Positions 62,227 through 64,000 of a stretch of DNA of 64,000 bases are shown in pieces. Origin of the DNA: Podarcis cretensis (Eukaryota); assembly GCA_951804945.1 (NCBI GenBank), contig OX638153.1:80104001-80168000 (forward strand), written 5' to 3'. The notes under the pieces were generated by a model. It was given only the letters and a program-made list of their open reading frames with translations, was not told where the DNA came from and searched no databases. Within the stretch, counting starts at the first letter, position 1, and every line of letters starts with the position of its first letter. Position numbers and translations under genes: made by a program.

Positions 62227-62877
62227 ATGAGAATGAATATAACTGGGTTGGATCCACAGTTTCCATGAGAAGAGTTCCACATATGGGACACCCGTACTGG
62301 AGAAAAGGGGAGTGCAATTTTCATTTATTCCCAATTTCCTATGTCTCTCAAAAGTCTAGAGAACTGAGGGAACCTACAAAGCAGTGCAGAAGGTGGTATA
62401 TGATGGATTGCAGTAGGAAGAGGTTTTTTTCCCTTTCCCCCAGAAGGAGTCTCTGCTGGATCTGCTGGTCCCTTCCACCAACAGAAGGAGTCTTTTCTCT
62501 TCACCAGAGGGCAATTTGGATCCAAGCCATGATTAATCATCCTCATTATCCCAGCAGCATCAACACACATCAAACTTTACAGAGTTTCAAAAGAGATAGG
62601 CCCCTTGCCTTAAGGACCTTAAAATCTATGTTAGTGGGAATATCAACGTATGGCTAAGAAGTTCTTGTACCCGGAAGCACACCTCAGCAGCATGGAGCCT
62701 CACCACAGGGATGTTCGGTACTCAGGCAAGTGAGAATAGGGCGATTAAAACATGGTTCAGATCCCTGAATGCGAAAACGTCACATGCAATTCACATTTCA
62801 ACTTAAGCTGTGTGTGAAATGCAGCTCTACGCAACTGCTGGGAAATTAGTTATAGGGAAGTTGCTAAGCACACTTAC

Positions 62878-62985
62878 GTAAGAAACCTTCAACTTGCAAT
62901 CATCTTCAATTTCATCAGCGCTGTCTTCATCAGAAACCTCTCCTTCTTCAGCATCTGCTCCAAGACTATACGGCAGCTTTTTACC
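62878..62985 (-). CDS. PLCH1: PLCH1 exon (end of X box / start of X-Y linker), GKKLPYSLGADAEEGEVSDEDSADEIEDDCKLKVSY
   Basis: ttttttcAG acceptor and GTAAGT donor; 108 nt, phase 0/0; peptide matches recalled vertebrate PLC-eta1 GKKLPY...EEGEVSDEDSADEIED. Confidence 0.95.
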
Positions 62986-64000
62986 CTGAAAAAATGAGCG
63001 TTACAGCACAAAATTGCTACAGTCATTTGAAATCCAAATCGAGTACATCTTTATTATGCAGCAGAAATATTTCCTTACGATAAAATATATTGAAATCATC
63101 TAAAGACCTCCGTGATGATTCTATAAAATATGCAGGCATCAAATAATTCTGTCTGCTTCTGATGTTCAGTCTGTGAATGCCCTCGCTTACGTAGTCAAAA
63201 TGGCAGGGAGCCCATCCATTTCTATTAAAGAAAGGTTGCAAAATATTCTTTAAAATCTTCCAAATTGTTTGCGGTCCCTCCAAGTTTCAAATGGCCTGCA
63301 CAGTTATTACACATACACTCTGCTCTTTCATTCAATGAATTTCTGAAATATTTGGACACACTGCTGGATCCTGCAGTGATCCCTGCAGAATATAGCCGAT
63401 ATATGTTTCTGATCTGGTGTGCATTCAGGAAATTACTATGTTTTTAGCATGAAGCGCTCTCTCTCCCTCCCTCCTTTTCTTTTTTTAAAAAACCCTAGCC
63501 ACTATTTCAATTTTAATTCTGAGCTACGCACTGTGTCACCCACAGAGAACCAAACTATGAGGATTTATTTCGAAGTTTACTGGGCAGTCCTAAATTAGAA
63601 GCTCAGCCTGGCTTCTGACAGATGTGCACTAAGGATTGCTGACATACTTGTAAATGAGTATCTTGAGCCTTTCAGACACTAATGGGTCAGAACAGGCCTG
63701 CAAGCACCAGATGTGGAGAATCATGCTTGTTCCACTTAGCGTAGTGCGATATCACTTTATATAATACAGTACGCAAGTGTCAGTGTTTTGGTACAAGCTT
63801 GTCATTATTACATAACAATGACAAGGAAGATGCTCTCCCTGCTACATGTTTTGCATTACTTTGCAGTCCATATCTGAAGTAGCCAATGGGGTGCCCCCCC
63901 CCAGATGTTGCTGCATCCCAGCTGCCATCAGCCCCAGCCAGGATAGCCAATGACCAGCAGCGATGGAAGATGGAGTCTGATAGCATACTGAGAGCACCAC

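Noticed and set aside
92-63986. The many other 60-170 aa ORFs in the track
   Set aside because: No recognisable domains; mostly non-ATG starts, repeat-derived, or antisense shadows of real exons.

Overview
Vertebrate genomic DNA, almost certainly a squamate and probably a lacertid lizard, judged from Sauria SINEs, a BovB tail and squamate-type CR1, L2 and L1 elements. The right two-thirds hold the 3' part of phospholipase C eta-1 (PLCH1) on the minus strand. I traced 14 coding exons from 62985 to the stop at 25014. All have GT-AG boundaries in compatible phases and total 3753 nt (1250 aa plus stop), covering the X-Y linker, Y box, C2 domain and long C-terminal tail ending ...EIYFLLRL. A separate 29-nt microexon (27379-27407) gives a short isoform ending -VQI*. 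The 5' exons lie beyond the window. Positions 1 to about 20 kb are gene-free and repeat-rich, with one assembly gap (4657-4788). The most interesting non-genic signals are: (1) two diverged solo LTRs that share an indel-free 109-codon reading frame with a synonymous-substitution bias, suggesting an LTR-embedded accessory protein; (2) an importin-alpha (KPNA2/KPNA7-like) retrocopy fragment in an intron; (3) a three-tier nest (SINE in MITE in LTR) carrying an array of seven E-boxes; (4) an ancient 107-bp ungapped foldback with strand-biased G.U compatibility; and (5) a 1.06-kb internally deleted L1 with an intact target-site duplication (TSD). All alignments and counts were made by eye, and family names come from recalled consensus features, not database searches.
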